Positions 33,031 through 41,892 of a DNA stretch of 45,757 nt are shown here, in pieces; position 1 is the first letter of the stretch, and every line of letters begins with the position of its first letter. A program made the position numbers and the translations under genes. The notes below the pieces were generated by a model. That model made no database searches. It was not told the DNA's origin and saw only the letters and a list, made by a program, of their open reading frames with translations. The DNA is from an uncultured Eubacteriales bacterium. Its GTDB lineage: Bacteria; Acidobacteriota; Aminicenantia; Aminicenantales; Aminicenantaceae. Where the stretch lies: NCBI GenBank assembly GCA_964549955.1, contig CAZJXZ010000001.1, positions 1-45,757 on the forward strand. Reading direction: 5' to 3'.

Positions 33031-33426
33031 ATGGAAACATTCGAAGTCAAGACTCAGGCTAAGGAAGAGCTGTTGGATATAACAGGAAGAGTCAAAGAGG
33101 TCATCCTCTCTTTGGGCGCCAGGAAAGGGATCTGCACTGTGTATGTCCCCCACACCACAGCTGGAGTGGCCGTCAACGAGAATGCCGACCCTTCTGTCAA
33201 GCAAGACATCTTGATGACTCTGAGAAAAATAGTACCCGATTCCCTCAGCTACAGCCACTCGGAGGGGAATTCTCCTGCCCATGTCAAAGCCTGCCTTGTC
33301 GGTTCTTCGCTCAACATCATCATCGAAGAAGGCCGCCTCTCGCTTGGAACCTGGCAAGGAATTTTCTTCTGCGAATTCGACGGCCCACGAACCCGAAAAG
33401 TTTACGTAAAGGTAATATCTTCTTAG
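33031..33426 (+). CDS. yjbQ: YjbQ/UPF0047 family protein (secondary thiamine-phosphate synthase-like)
   Basis: VPHTTAGVAVNENADPSV, HSEGNSPAHVKA and LGTWQGIFFCEFDGPRTR are the family's conserved blocks. Confidence 0.85.
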   Translation: METFEVKTQAKEELLDITGRVKEVILSLGARKGICTVYVPHTTAGVAVNENADPSVKQDILMTLRKIVPDSLSYSHSEGNSPAHVKACLVGSSLNIIIEEGRLSLGTWQGIFFCEFDGPRTRKVYVKVISS

Positions 33427-33427
33427 C

Positions 33428-34285
33428 TCAGTTCATCATTCTTTTTTCAAGAACAGGAATGATCTCCGGGGAAAGGAGGAAGGCTGCGATTTTTCGGCTC
33501 GGGTCATCCAGAAGAGCTTGAGGTTTCAAGGGAGAAGCAAGCCGCTCGGCAAGCCTTTCTTTCTGAATCTCAAATTCAACATCCTCGAGGCTTCTGACCT
33601 CGTCGAACACAGCCTCAAGGAGCTTTTTCATCTCTTTCTCTTCAATCTTGACTCCAGGTGGCGTGTGAAGTTTCATGTTCTCCAGCGCTCTGGCGAAAAT
33701 CTCCTCTTTCTTTCTCTGGTATAAATAGTCAGGAATCTCTCTGATTCTTTCTAAATTTTGTGCTAGGCCCTTGTAATCAGCCGCTTGTCCGATGCGCTCC
33801 TCGCCTTTCGGCGGGATGATGCAGGGAATGAATTTCTGAAGCTGATAGAGCTGATGAGAGGCAAGGCTCTCTTCAATGTTTTTGGCTAAGGCATTTATCT
33901 TCTCTCCCATCTCTAACCTTGCTCGCTTTATCTCACCATCCAGGCGACGATAATTCTGGGCTAGAGCCGGAGGGATTTCTTTTTTTTGATAGAGATAGCC
34001 CCTTATCTCGGCGAGCATCCTTCCCATCTCATCATTCCGAGCAAGGAGAATGGATTTAAACTGCTCCCTCAGTTTGAGGCATTCCTTTGCATTCTTCATA
34101 ATCATCTCCATCTGCTCCTGAGTCAGGTCCAGCCCATTGACAAGATTAAGGACCTGAATCTCCCTTCTCAGCTCTTCAGCTTTATCCACTTTTTCCGGTT
34201 GAAATTGGCTAAGCCCCGTTAAGAGGCTGGCATTCAAAAAAACGGCAACTGCCAGCCAGAAAAAAATTCCTTTTTGCCTTATCAT
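33428..34285 (-). CDS. Secreted helical/coiled-coil protein of unknown function
   Basis: I prefer the ATG at 34285 (MIRQKGIFFWLAVAVFLNAS, a signal peptide), preceded by GGAGG. The ORF-track extension to 34408 is translated from the interspersed repeat and AT-rich spacer. Confidence 0.6.
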   Translation of the reverse strand: MIRQKGIFFWLAVAVFLNASLLTGLSQFQPEKVDKAEELRREIQVLNLVNGLDLTQEQMEMIMKNAKECLKLREQFKSILLARNDEMGRMLAEIRGYLYQKKEIPPALAQNYRRLDGEIKRARLEMGEKINALAKNIEESLASHQLYQLQKFIPCIIPPKGEERIGQAADYKGLAQNLERIREIPDYLYQRKKEEIFARALENMKLHTPPGVKIEEKEMKKLLEAVFDEVRSLEDVEFEIQKERLAERLASPLKPQALLDDPSRKIAAFLLSPEIIPVLEKRMMN

Positions 34286-34376
34286 CTTGACCTCCAGTTG
34301 ATTAGACAAAGGAGAGACAAAATTCTTTGCTCTCGAGGCTGTTAATAATATAAACGCATTAAATTTTGTTACATTA

Positions 34377-34461
34377 TCATGGCGAGCGACCGGAGGGAGC
34401 GTGACCATCTCCTAAGATTAATTCTATGAGATTGCTTCGTCACTTCGTTCCTCGCAATGAC
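34377..34461. repeat. Bipartite palindromic interspersed repeat, copy 2 (inverted relative to copy 1)
   Basis: Module B' is TCATGGCGAGCGACCGGAGGGAGCGTGACCATCTC (34377-34411). A 16-nt spacer follows. Module A' is GAGATTGCTTCGTCACTTCGTTCCTCGCAATGAC (34428-34461). A' is the reverse complement of copy-1 module A at 31/34 positions. B' is a gapped, more diverged match to the reverse complement of module B. Confidence 0.8.
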
Positions 34462-34482
34462 ATTTTACTTCATGCGTTTGTA

Positions 34483-35094
34483 TTAGAAGGAAAGGCCCAT
34501 CTTCTGAAGAACGGCCTTAAGGTCGGTTTCCGACTGCATCTCGATTCCATGGATTCCGATTCTCATCGCGGCTTCAACATTCTCTTTGATATCGTCGATG
34601 AAGACACACTCTCTGGCTTCTGCGCCAGCCTTTTTCAAGGCTTCCAGGTAGATTCGAGGCTCAGGCTTCATCAGGCCGACCTCATAGGAAAGGATGTATT
34701 CATCGAAAATAAAAATTTCGGGGAACTTCTTTTTGATAAAGCCGAAGCGCATGACATCGGTGTTGGAGAGGAGGAGTGTCTTGTACTTTTTCTTCAGCTT
34801 CTTCATGACTTTTAGCACAGGAAGATTCGCAGAGAAGACATCGCTGTAGATGGAGTAGAAGGTGTCGTAGTCGATTTTAGCTTTGAAGGTTTTGGCGACT
34901 TCTTCATAAAACTCTTGAGGAGTCATCTTCCCTTTATCAAAAGACTCGACGAGATTGAAATGAACCGAAGTCAAAGCAGCAATTTCCTGTGGAGAAAAAG
35001 GGCAGTAGTTGGCCATTTTTCTGAAAAAAATATCATTATCAAAAAAGAGAATCACCTTGCCCAGGTCTGAAATCACGCAGCGAATCATTGGCAA
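34483..35094 (-). CDS. HAD-superfamily hydrolase (subfamily IA-like)
   Basis: Motif I variant VISDLGKVI, motif II LLSNT, and motif III/IV K...FIDDIKENVEAA. Confidence 0.75.
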   Translation of the reverse strand: MPMIRCVISDLGKVILFFDNDIFFRKMANYCPFSPQEIAALTSVHFNLVESFDKGKMTPQEFYEEVAKTFKAKIDYDTFYSIYSDVFSANLPVLKVMKKLKKKYKTLLLSNTDVMRFGFIKKKFPEIFIFDEYILSYEVGLMKPEPRIYLEALKKAGAEARECVFIDDIKENVEAAMRIGIHGIEMQSETDLKAVLQKMGLSF

Positions 35095-35236
35095 CTATCT
35101 ATCTAAAAAATAAAAGAGATATCTTATATCAAAAAACATATTCAGCACAACAACTATTACTCAAATTGACATTGATTATTTTTCTGTGATATAAGCCAAA
35201 GATTATTCAAGCTATTCATCCGCATAGAATCGAGGC

Positions 35237-36571
35237 ATGGCAGAGATAATCGAGAAAGCCGGGCTCTTTCACCCGAGCAGGGCGCCCTATCGATTCACCG
35301 TCCTTATCTTCGCTGCTTTACTCACCTTTGGGAGCTATTTTACCTACGATATTGTTGGTGCCATCGCGCCCACATTGGTCGAAAAGTTGGGAGTGACTCG
35401 CAGCATAGTAGGCGCTTTTTACCTCATGTACAGTCTTGCCGCGTTTCTCTCTGTCTTCGCCGGAGGATTGCTCATCGACTGGCTGGGAACGCGTAAGGCC
35501 AGCTTCCTGTTTTCAATCCTTGTTTTATTGGGCGCAGTTATGGTCTGGCGTGCAAAAACCTTGCCGGTCTTTTTTGCTGGTCGGTTTATCTTCGGCGCAG
35601 GCTCTGAGCCGTTGATTGTCGCCCAGAGCGCAATCCTTGCCCGCTGGTTCAAAGGGAAAGAGCTGGCACTCTCCTTCGGCATAGCTCTCAGCGTCAGCCG
35701 CCTGGGAACGCTTTTCGCCTTCAACACCGGGGAATTGATAAGCAGCTATTTTAAAAGCTTTCGCTATGCTCTTTTTGGGGCTGCGATTTTCTGCCTCTTA
35801 TCTCTTGTGGCTAATATCGTCTACATAATACTGGACCGCCGCGGCGAGCGCATTCTCAACCTGAAAGATGAAAGCGTTGCGGAGAAGATTGTGCTCAGGG
35901 ATATTAAAGAATTTAAACCAACATTCTGGTATGTAACATTGCTTTGCGTCACATTCTACTCAGCCATTTTCCCTTTCACTGCTCTTTCTACTGACTTTTT
36001 TGTGGATAAGTGGGGAATCGCCCGCGTGGCTGAAGGAAGCGGAGGATTTCTCTACATGGTTTTCAGCAATTTTCTTCATATGTTCAGCACAGCAGGAGGA
36101 ATCACCTCGATTATTATCTTTGCTTCGATGATCCTTGCTCCTTTTGCCGGCCGCCTGGTGGATAAGATTGGAAAAAGAGCGACTCTGATGATTATCGGCT
36201 CATTGCTCATGGTCCCCAGCCATGCTCTCATGGGTCTGACCAAGATTTATCCTGCCTACCCGATGATCGTGCTCGGAGCCGCCTTTGTTCTGGTTCCGGC
36301 CGCGATGTGGCCTTCTGTTCCGCTTATCGTGCGTAAAGAGCGGGTGGGAACAGCCTTCGGGCTGATGACAGCCATCCAGAACATAGGCCTTTTCCTCTTC
36401 CCGCTTTTAAACGGCCTGCTCCGCGACCTGACCAAAACCTACACCAGCAGCATGCTCATGTTCGCCAGCCTGGGATTTTTCGGGCTCATCTTCGCTTTAC
36501 TTCTCAAAAAGGCGGACAAGCGTGAAGGCAGCGCTTTGGAAAAGATTGACATCGAATCCAGAACAGCCTAA
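35237..36571 (+). CDS. MFS transporter
   Basis: About 12 TM helices. MFS loop motifs are GGLLIDWLGTRK and GRLVDKIGKR. Confidence 0.8.
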   Translation: MAEIIEKAGLFHPSRAPYRFTVLIFAALLTFGSYFTYDIVGAIAPTLVEKLGVTRSIVGAFYLMYSLAAFLSVFAGGLLIDWLGTRKASFLFSILVLLGAVMVWRAKTLPVFFAGRFIFGAGSEPLIVAQSAILARWFKGKELALSFGIALSVSRLGTLFAFNTGELISSYFKSFRYALFGAAIFCLLSLVANIVYIILDRRGERILNLKDESVAEKIVLRDIKEFKPTFWYVTLLCVTFYSAIFPFTALSTDFFVDKWGIARVAEGSGGFLYMVFSNFLHMFSTAGGITSIIIFASMILAPFAGRLVDKIGKRATLMIIGSLLMVPSHALMGLTKIYPAYPMIVLGAAFVLVPAAMWPSVPLIVRKERVGTAFGLMTAIQNIGLFLFPLLNGLLRDLTKTYTSSMLMFASLGFFGLIFALLLKKADKREGSALEKIDIESRTA

Positions 36572-36620
36572 AAAGACATTCAATTTCCATAGTAGAAAAG
36601 AAAGCAGAGGAGGAAAAGCA

Positions 36621-38324
36621 ATGGGAATTTCAAGAAAGAGAAAAGGCTCATCAAACATCCTGATTTATATTTTCCTCGCCTCCCTTTTTCTTCTCACCTT
36701 TGGCGGGGCCTTTGCCCTTTACTACTTCAAAGGGGTGAAGAGAATCACAACCGCTGATATTGCTGCGGCCGAGAAAATAATCGGGCTGAGGTTCACTCCA
36801 AAAGAAAGAAGAATGATGCGGGATAATTTGAAGAGGAATGTCTCGCACTACAAGGAGCTGAGAAAGGTTCCCCTTCCCAACCATATTCCTCCTGCTCTCT
36901 ACTTCAATCCTCTTCTTTCAGCGATAAACAAGGAGAAGCAAGAAAAAATGCCTCTGGCTTTCAAGGGTTCGGATATCCAGATGCCTCAGAACCTCGAAGA
37001 TCTAGCCTTCTATCCGCTCACTTCACTCGCTCAGCTCGTCAAATCCCGCAAGCTGACCTCCACCCAGCTGACAGAGCTTTATCTCAGCCGCCTGAAAAAA
37101 TACGGCCCTGCCCTGGAATGCGTCGTCACCTTGACTGAAGAGCTGGCCCTGAAGCAAGCCAGACACGCTGACCAAGAAATTGCGGCAGGACACTACCGGG
37201 GGCCTCTCCACGGCATTCCCTGGGGAGCAAAAGACCTTCTCTCGACAAAAGGGACAAAGACAACCTGGGGTGCAGAGCCTTATAAAGACCAAGTTCTGGA
37301 TGAGAATGCCACAGTTGTCGAGCGGCTCGAGCAGGCCGGAGCAGTTCTTGTGGCCAAGCTCAGCATGGGAGCCCTGGCCATGGGTGATGTCTGGTTTGGC
37401 GGGAAGACCAAAAATCCCTGGAATCGCAAACAGGGCTCGAGCGGCTCCTCTGCCGGCTCGGCTGCGGCAACAGCGGCTGGCCTGGTCGGATTCTCCATCG
37501 GCACTGAAACCTGGGGCTCGATCGTCTCTCCCTGCACCCGCTGTGGAGTGACGGGATTGAGGCCGACTTTCGGCCGGGTGAGCCGGTCTGGCGCCATGGC
37601 CTTGAGCTGGAGCATGGACAAAATCGGCACTATCTGCCGCTCTGTGGAGGATTGCGCCCTGGTCTTCGCTGCCCTCTATGGCCCGGACGGAAAAGACCTG
37701 ACTGTGGTTGATTTACCTTTTAACTGGGATCCGAGCCTTGACATTCGTAAGATCCGCATCGGCTACCTCAAAAAAGCTTTTGAAAAGGATTCCAAGACCA
37801 AGAAAAATGATGAGGCCTGCCTTGCGGTTCTGCGCTCTCTCGGAGCCGAGCTCGTTGCCTTCGAGCTACCAGATCTTCCAACGAACGCTCTGGATCTTAT
37901 CCTGAATGCCGAGGCGGCAGCAGCCTTCGACGAGCTCACGCGCAGCGGAAAAGACGACCTTTTGAAGAGACAGGATAAAGGCGCCTGGCCGAACATCTTT
38001 CGTCAGGCAAGGCTTATTCCTGCCGTAGAATATATTCAGGCCAACCGCATCAGAACAGTGCTCATGCGGGAAATGTCAGAGAGGATGAAGGAGATTGATG
38101 TCTATCTCGCGCCATCCTTCGGCGGAGACAACCTGCTGCTGACAAACCTCACCGGGCATCCGGCAGTCGTTGTCCCCAACGGCTTTGACCAGGAAGGCAA
38201 CCCGACGAGCATAACTTTTATCGGGAATCTCTATGAGGAAGCGAAAACGCTCAGAGTGGCCAAAGCTTTTCAGGATGCGACAGACCACCACCTCAAGCGG
38301 CCAAAGCTGGAGCAGAATCCTTAA
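36621..38324 (+). CDS. Amidase-signature family amidase with N-terminal membrane anchor
   Basis: The AS motif is GSSGSSAGSAAATAAG, with an upstream GIPWGAKD (catalytic Lys context). I prefer the ATG at 36621 after GGAGGA. The ORF-track start at 36522 would overlap the MFS gene. Confidence 0.8.
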   Translation: MGISRKRKGSSNILIYIFLASLFLLTFGGAFALYYFKGVKRITTADIAAAEKIIGLRFTPKERRMMRDNLKRNVSHYKELRKVPLPNHIPPALYFNPLLSAINKEKQEKMPLAFKGSDIQMPQNLEDLAFYPLTSLAQLVKSRKLTSTQLTELYLSRLKKYGPALECVVTLTEELALKQARHADQEIAAGHYRGPLHGIPWGAKDLLSTKGTKTTWGAEPYKDQVLDENATVVERLEQAGAVLVAKLSMGALAMGDVWFGGKTKNPWNRKQGSSGSSAGSAAATAAGLVGFSIGTETWGSIVSPCTRCGVTGLRPTFGRVSRSGAMALSWSMDKIGTICRSVEDCALVFAALYGPDGKDLTVVDLPFNWDPSLDIRKIRIGYLKKAFEKDSKTKKNDEACLAVLRSLGAELVAFELPDLPTNALDLILNAEAAAAFDELTRSGKDDLLKRQDKGAWPNIFRQARLIPAVEYIQANRIRTVLMREMSERMKEIDVYLAPSFGGDNLLLTNLTGHPAVVVPNGFDQEGNPTSITFIGNLYEEAKTLRVAKAFQDATDHHLKRPKLEQNP

Positions 38325-38354
38325 AGCTTTATAAAGATAAAAAGCGAAATTCTA

Positions 38355-38774
38355 TTATTTGACTTTTTTGGTGGCAGTGGCGGGAACAGAAAGTCCCAAG
38401 TCCTCCACGGCCATTGTTCCTTCAAGCTTGTTGTCGCCGACTTTGAAATCTGCCTTGACCACCCTCTCCAAGCCATCGGGTGGAGTGGGAGAGGCAAATT
38501 GAAATTTCAAAGTCTGGCCGTCATACTGAATTTCTTTAAGAGCAACATTGCTGAAAGCTCCAGTCGATTCGCTGACCGTTCCTTTCAAACCCTCTTCTGA
38601 CTTCTCAATGCTCAAGGAAAGATAGTAATATTCCCCATCAGCATTGACTTCCACATCCCAGGAGCCAAGGATTTTTCCATAATCGACAGCGACCTGAGTT
38701 TGTGCAGGAGCGGAAGAAAGGGAAAGAATGAGGAAGACACTCAAAGCAGAAAGCGTTAACCATTTAGCCATCAT
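38355..38774 (-). CDS. Small secreted beta-rich protein, unknown function
   Basis: Signal peptide MMAKWLTLSALSVFLILSLSSAPAQ after GGAGG. I recognise no motif. Confidence 0.55.
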   Translation of the reverse strand: MMAKWLTLSALSVFLILSLSSAPAQTQVAVDYGKILGSWDVEVNADGEYYYLSLSIEKSEEGLKGTVSESTGAFSNVALKEIQYDGQTLKFQFASPTPPDGLERVVKADFKVGDNKLEGTMAVEDLGLSVPATATKKVK

Positions 38775-38986
38775 TTCACTGACCTCCATTGAAGCTTGAG
38801 CTTTAAATAATAGCAAAAAAAGAAAAACATTTCTATTTTATTTTTTGAAGAATCTTAGATTCCCCGATAGCCCCTCTCCAAAAACTTTGTGATTATCACC
38901 GAATTTAGAATGCTTCCTTATTTTCTTTTAGGATGATTTTGAGTAAGATTTAAACTCCAAGGAGAAATCCAGGAAGCGAACTTCCC

Positions 38987-40684
38987 ATGAAAGAAAAAAG
39001 AGAGCAGATGCAAACGATAAACATGGAAGCCTACCTTGAAGCTCTGAAGAGGGCAATGCAGAGAATCTCAGAAGAAAAGGTCGTCGAGCGCATTTGGAAT
39101 AAAGATTACACAGTCTGGAAAGATGAGGACATAGAGATTTCAAATCGGCTGGGCTGGTTGACCTCAGCCCAGGATATGGCTGATGCTCTGCCTGAGGTCG
39201 ATCAGCTGGTCGATGAAGTCCGAGCCGAAGGCTACAGCCAGGCGCTTCTCCTTGGCATGGGTGGCTCGAGTCTGGCTGCCGAGGTTCTGGCCAAGGTGTT
39301 CGGTACAGCCAAGGACCATCTCAAGCTCGAAATCCTGGACAGCACTGTCCCGGCTTCTGTCTTATCATTAAAGAACAGGCTCCGCCCGGAGAATACACTG
39401 TTTATCGTCTCTTCCAAATCAGGAACAACCATAGAAACAATTTCGCTCTTCAAGTTTTTTTTCAACTGGATTTGCGAATCCCTTGGAAAAGAGAAAGCCG
39501 GCGAGCACTTTATCGCCCTCACCGACCCAGGAACTCCTTTAGAAAAATTGGCTGGCCAGCATCGCTTCCGGCGAATGATTCCAGGCAATCCTGATATCGG
39601 CGGCAGGTTTTCTGCGCTTTCACCCTTTGGGCTGGTTCCGGCAGCCCTGAGCGGAATCGAAGTCAGAAAGCTGCTGGATAGAGGCCAGGAAATGGCTCGC
39701 TCCTGCCGGCTAGCTTCAGAAGACAATCCAGGCATTCTTTTAGGAACGACACTGGCCTTGATAGCTAAATCCGGCCGGGACAAGGCGACTTTTGTCCTCT
39801 CACCGCAGATCGATAGCTTCTCCCACTGGCTGGAACAGCTCCTGGCTGAAAGCACAGGCAAAGAAGGCAAGGGCATTCTTCCTGTTGTCGGAGCCGATGA
39901 TGCCGTCCTCGATTCTTACCTTGGCGACCGATTCTTCGTCTTCATCTTGCTGGCTGCTGACAAAAGCCGTTATTCCTTAATCGAGGCTCTGAAAAAAACC
40001 GGGCATCCTCATCTCAGGTTCGACCTCAAAGATTTCTTCTCGCTCGGGAGCCAATTCTTCCTCTGGGAAATGGCCACTGCGGTTGCAGCATTTTTCTTAA
40101 AGATTAATCCTTTTGACCAGCCGAATGTTGCCCAGTCAAAGAAAAAAGCTGAAGAATTGATTCAAGGCTTCAGGGAAAAAAGGCGCCTTCCTGCTGAGGT
40201 TCCAACACTCTCTCAAGAGAGCATCTCTCTTTTCGCAGATTTTTCCGCTTCCTCTCCGAGAGATGGCCTCGAAGCCTTTCTGGGCAAAGCCGGAAAGGGA
40301 GATTACATCGCCATCCAGGCATTCCTTCAGTCAGCGTCGAAAACAGAAAAATACTTGAGGGAATTAAGGAAAGCTCTGGAAAAAAAGACAAAGCTCCCAG
40401 TCACGATTGGCTTTGGACCCCGCTACCTCCATTCCACAGGACAGCTTCATAAAGGAGACAAGGGCCATGGGCTTTTCATCCAACTGACAGCCGACGACGC
40501 CGAAGATGCTCCTATTCCCGATGAGGCCGGCACGGCCTTTTCCTCGCTCTCATTCGGAATCCTCAAAAAAACCCAGGAAAGGGGAGATCGAGAAGCATTA
40601 AAGGAGGCGGCACGGCGGGTCATCCGCCTTCATCTCCATCAGGATGTTCCTGCTGGATTGAAAAAGATTGCCTCTTGGCTCTGA
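38987..40684 (+). CDS. pgi: Glucose-6-phosphate isomerase (long, Tal-Pgi-type PGI domain)
   Basis: SIS/PGI motifs are LLLGMGGSSLAAEV and FIVSSKSGTTIET. The PGI signature is DIGGRFSALSPFGL. The exact start codon is uncertain. Confidence 0.85.
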   Translation: MKEKREQMQTINMEAYLEALKRAMQRISEEKVVERIWNKDYTVWKDEDIEISNRLGWLTSAQDMADALPEVDQLVDEVRAEGYSQALLLGMGGSSLAAEVLAKVFGTAKDHLKLEILDSTVPASVLSLKNRLRPENTLFIVSSKSGTTIETISLFKFFFNWICESLGKEKAGEHFIALTDPGTPLEKLAGQHRFRRMIPGNPDIGGRFSALSPFGLVPAALSGIEVRKLLDRGQEMARSCRLASEDNPGILLGTTLALIAKSGRDKATFVLSPQIDSFSHWLEQLLAESTGKEGKGILPVVGADDAVLDSYLGDRFFVFILLAADKSRYSLIEALKKTGHPHLRFDLKDFFSLGSQFFLWEMATAVAAFFLKINPFDQPNVAQSKKKAEELIQGFREKRRLPAEVPTLSQESISLFADFSASSPRDGLEAFLGKAGKGDYIAIQAFLQSASKTEKYLRELRKALEKKTKLPVTIGFGPRYLHSTGQLHKGDKGHGLFIQLTADDAEDAPIPDEAGTAFSSLSFGILKKTQERGDREALKEAARRVIRLHLHQDVPAGLKKIASWL

Positions 40685-40687
40685 ATT

Positions 40688-40756
40688 AAAAAAATTCGTG
40701 AGAACCCGACTTGGCCGGGCAAAGGGAGCGGCAAGGCGAAGCGTACGAATTTTTTA
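40688..40756. terminator. Possible bidirectional terminator: A-run + ATTCGT ... ACGAAT + T-run (11-bp inverted repeat, 44-nt GC-rich loop)
   Basis: AAAAAATTCGT and ACGAATTTTTT lie between convergent genes. The loop is unusually long, so confidence is low. Confidence 0.3.
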
Positions 40757-40812
40757 TGACTTGTTAGGGAATTAAGAGTTAAGTGAGTATCTCTTGGATT
40801 GATTCTTTGGGA

Positions 40813-41619
40813 TCAGAAAATCCCGCAAAAAAGAATATCCGCATGGAAGAGATCGTCAGTGAACCTCCTGACTTTCCACTCGACCGTGTCTTTAATGGTC
40901 AGATAGAACCACAAATTATCAAAAAGCCTCATTTTTTTCAGGTAGTATTGAGCAAAATCTGTCATGCTGTCGATAAGGACATTGCCCACGATATTGTTTT
41001 TATTGTCGAAGATCATGATCTTGCTGACCTCTTTCTGCTGCCCGCCTTCGGTAACCTTCTCTTTGATCAGCCTGCCGAAAACCTTTGCCTTACCCTTCCC
41101 TTCCCAGCTCTGCGGCTTATCATAGGCAAGGTCGATCAAAGCCTGAAATTCATCTCTTGCTCGTAAGTCCAGATAGTCATCAAAGACAGCCTCTCCAGTC
41201 CTCTTAAACACAGTTCTCCAAACTTTATCTTCTCCCTTTGCTTCGAGGCTGTCAGCCACCAGGATGGCGGGTTTATCAGGAGTGAACACTCCTTTGCCTC
41301 TAATTTCTTTGTCGACCAGCGAGCTGACATCACCTGACTCTATCTGACCCTGGACAATAATATCAAATCCCTGGACAGCAGGTATGTAAAGATACTTTCC
41401 GAAAGCAACCTTGGCCACACCCTCAAAATCATTTATGCCTTCCTTGATTTCAAGACCTTTCGTCTCCTGGGTTGCTGCTTCTGGCTCTACTGCTTTTTTC
41501 TTACAAGACATTGGCCCTCCAAATGCAAGCAGAATGAGGAGCAGAGTCAAACCCAGAAGACAAGCTGTCTTTTCGGCCGGACCTTTTCTTCTGTCTGAAA
41601 TGAATGCTCTTAATGCCAT
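40813..41619 (-). CDS. Lipoprotein of unknown function
   Basis: MALRAF...LLLILLAFGGPMSC is a lipobox-like signal. The ATG at 41619 is preceded by GGAGG. The ORF-track start is 41646. Confidence 0.6.
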   Translation of the reverse strand: MALRAFISDRRKGPAEKTACLLGLTLLLILLAFGGPMSCKKKAVEPEAATQETKGLEIKEGINDFEGVAKVAFGKYLYIPAVQGFDIIVQGQIESGDVSSLVDKEIRGKGVFTPDKPAILVADSLEAKGEDKVWRTVFKRTGEAVFDDYLDLRARDEFQALIDLAYDKPQSWEGKGKAKVFGRLIKEKVTEGGQQKEVSKIMIFDNKNNIVGNVLIDSMTDFAQYYLKKMRLFDNLWFYLTIKDTVEWKVRRFTDDLFHADILFCGIF

Positions 41620-41892
41620 GGCGCGTACCTCCAATACTTTAATCATTCAAATTTTCATCGGGGGAGATGAGGCTTACCTCTTTCTTCCAATATGTCATCT
41701 TTTCGAACTTTTTTTATACCACTGAAAAATACAAAAGTAAAGAAGAAATTGGCCCTGGCTAAAACTTACAATTCGCTTCTCAGATAATATCAAAGTCCTA
41801 TAGAGGGCAGGACATCATCCAGAACTTTGGACTTCTTTCAGATAGAAGACCTTACCTTATGCTGGGCTGGCGCAGGTCAAAAAAAAACAGGA

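Noticed and set aside
34426-34815. 129-aa plus-strand ORF starting MRLLRHFVPRNDILL.
   Set aside because: It starts inside the interspersed repeat and then runs antisense through the HAD hydrolase gene, which has clear HAD motifs.
36522-36620. ORF-track N-terminal extensions: amidase from 36522, OMP from 7883, GH172 from 22273, OsmC from 27525, small secreted protein from 38816, lipoprotein from 41646.
   Set aside because: In each case an internal ATG directly follows a GGAGG-type RBS and yields a proper signal peptide or family-typical N-terminus. The extensions overlap neighbouring genes or use non-ATG starts without an RBS.
38853-38909. Sequence TGATTATCACCGAATTTAGA upstream of pgi resembles the right arm of the 13772-13829 palindrome (about 18/23). 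It contains an 11-bp perfect palindrome, GTGATTATCAC, and has a weak left-arm counterpart.
   Set aside because: An ungapped 18/23 match is expected many times by chance at this window size, and the left arm matches only about 11/18. It would be worth a genome-wide motif count, but the window alone does not support it.
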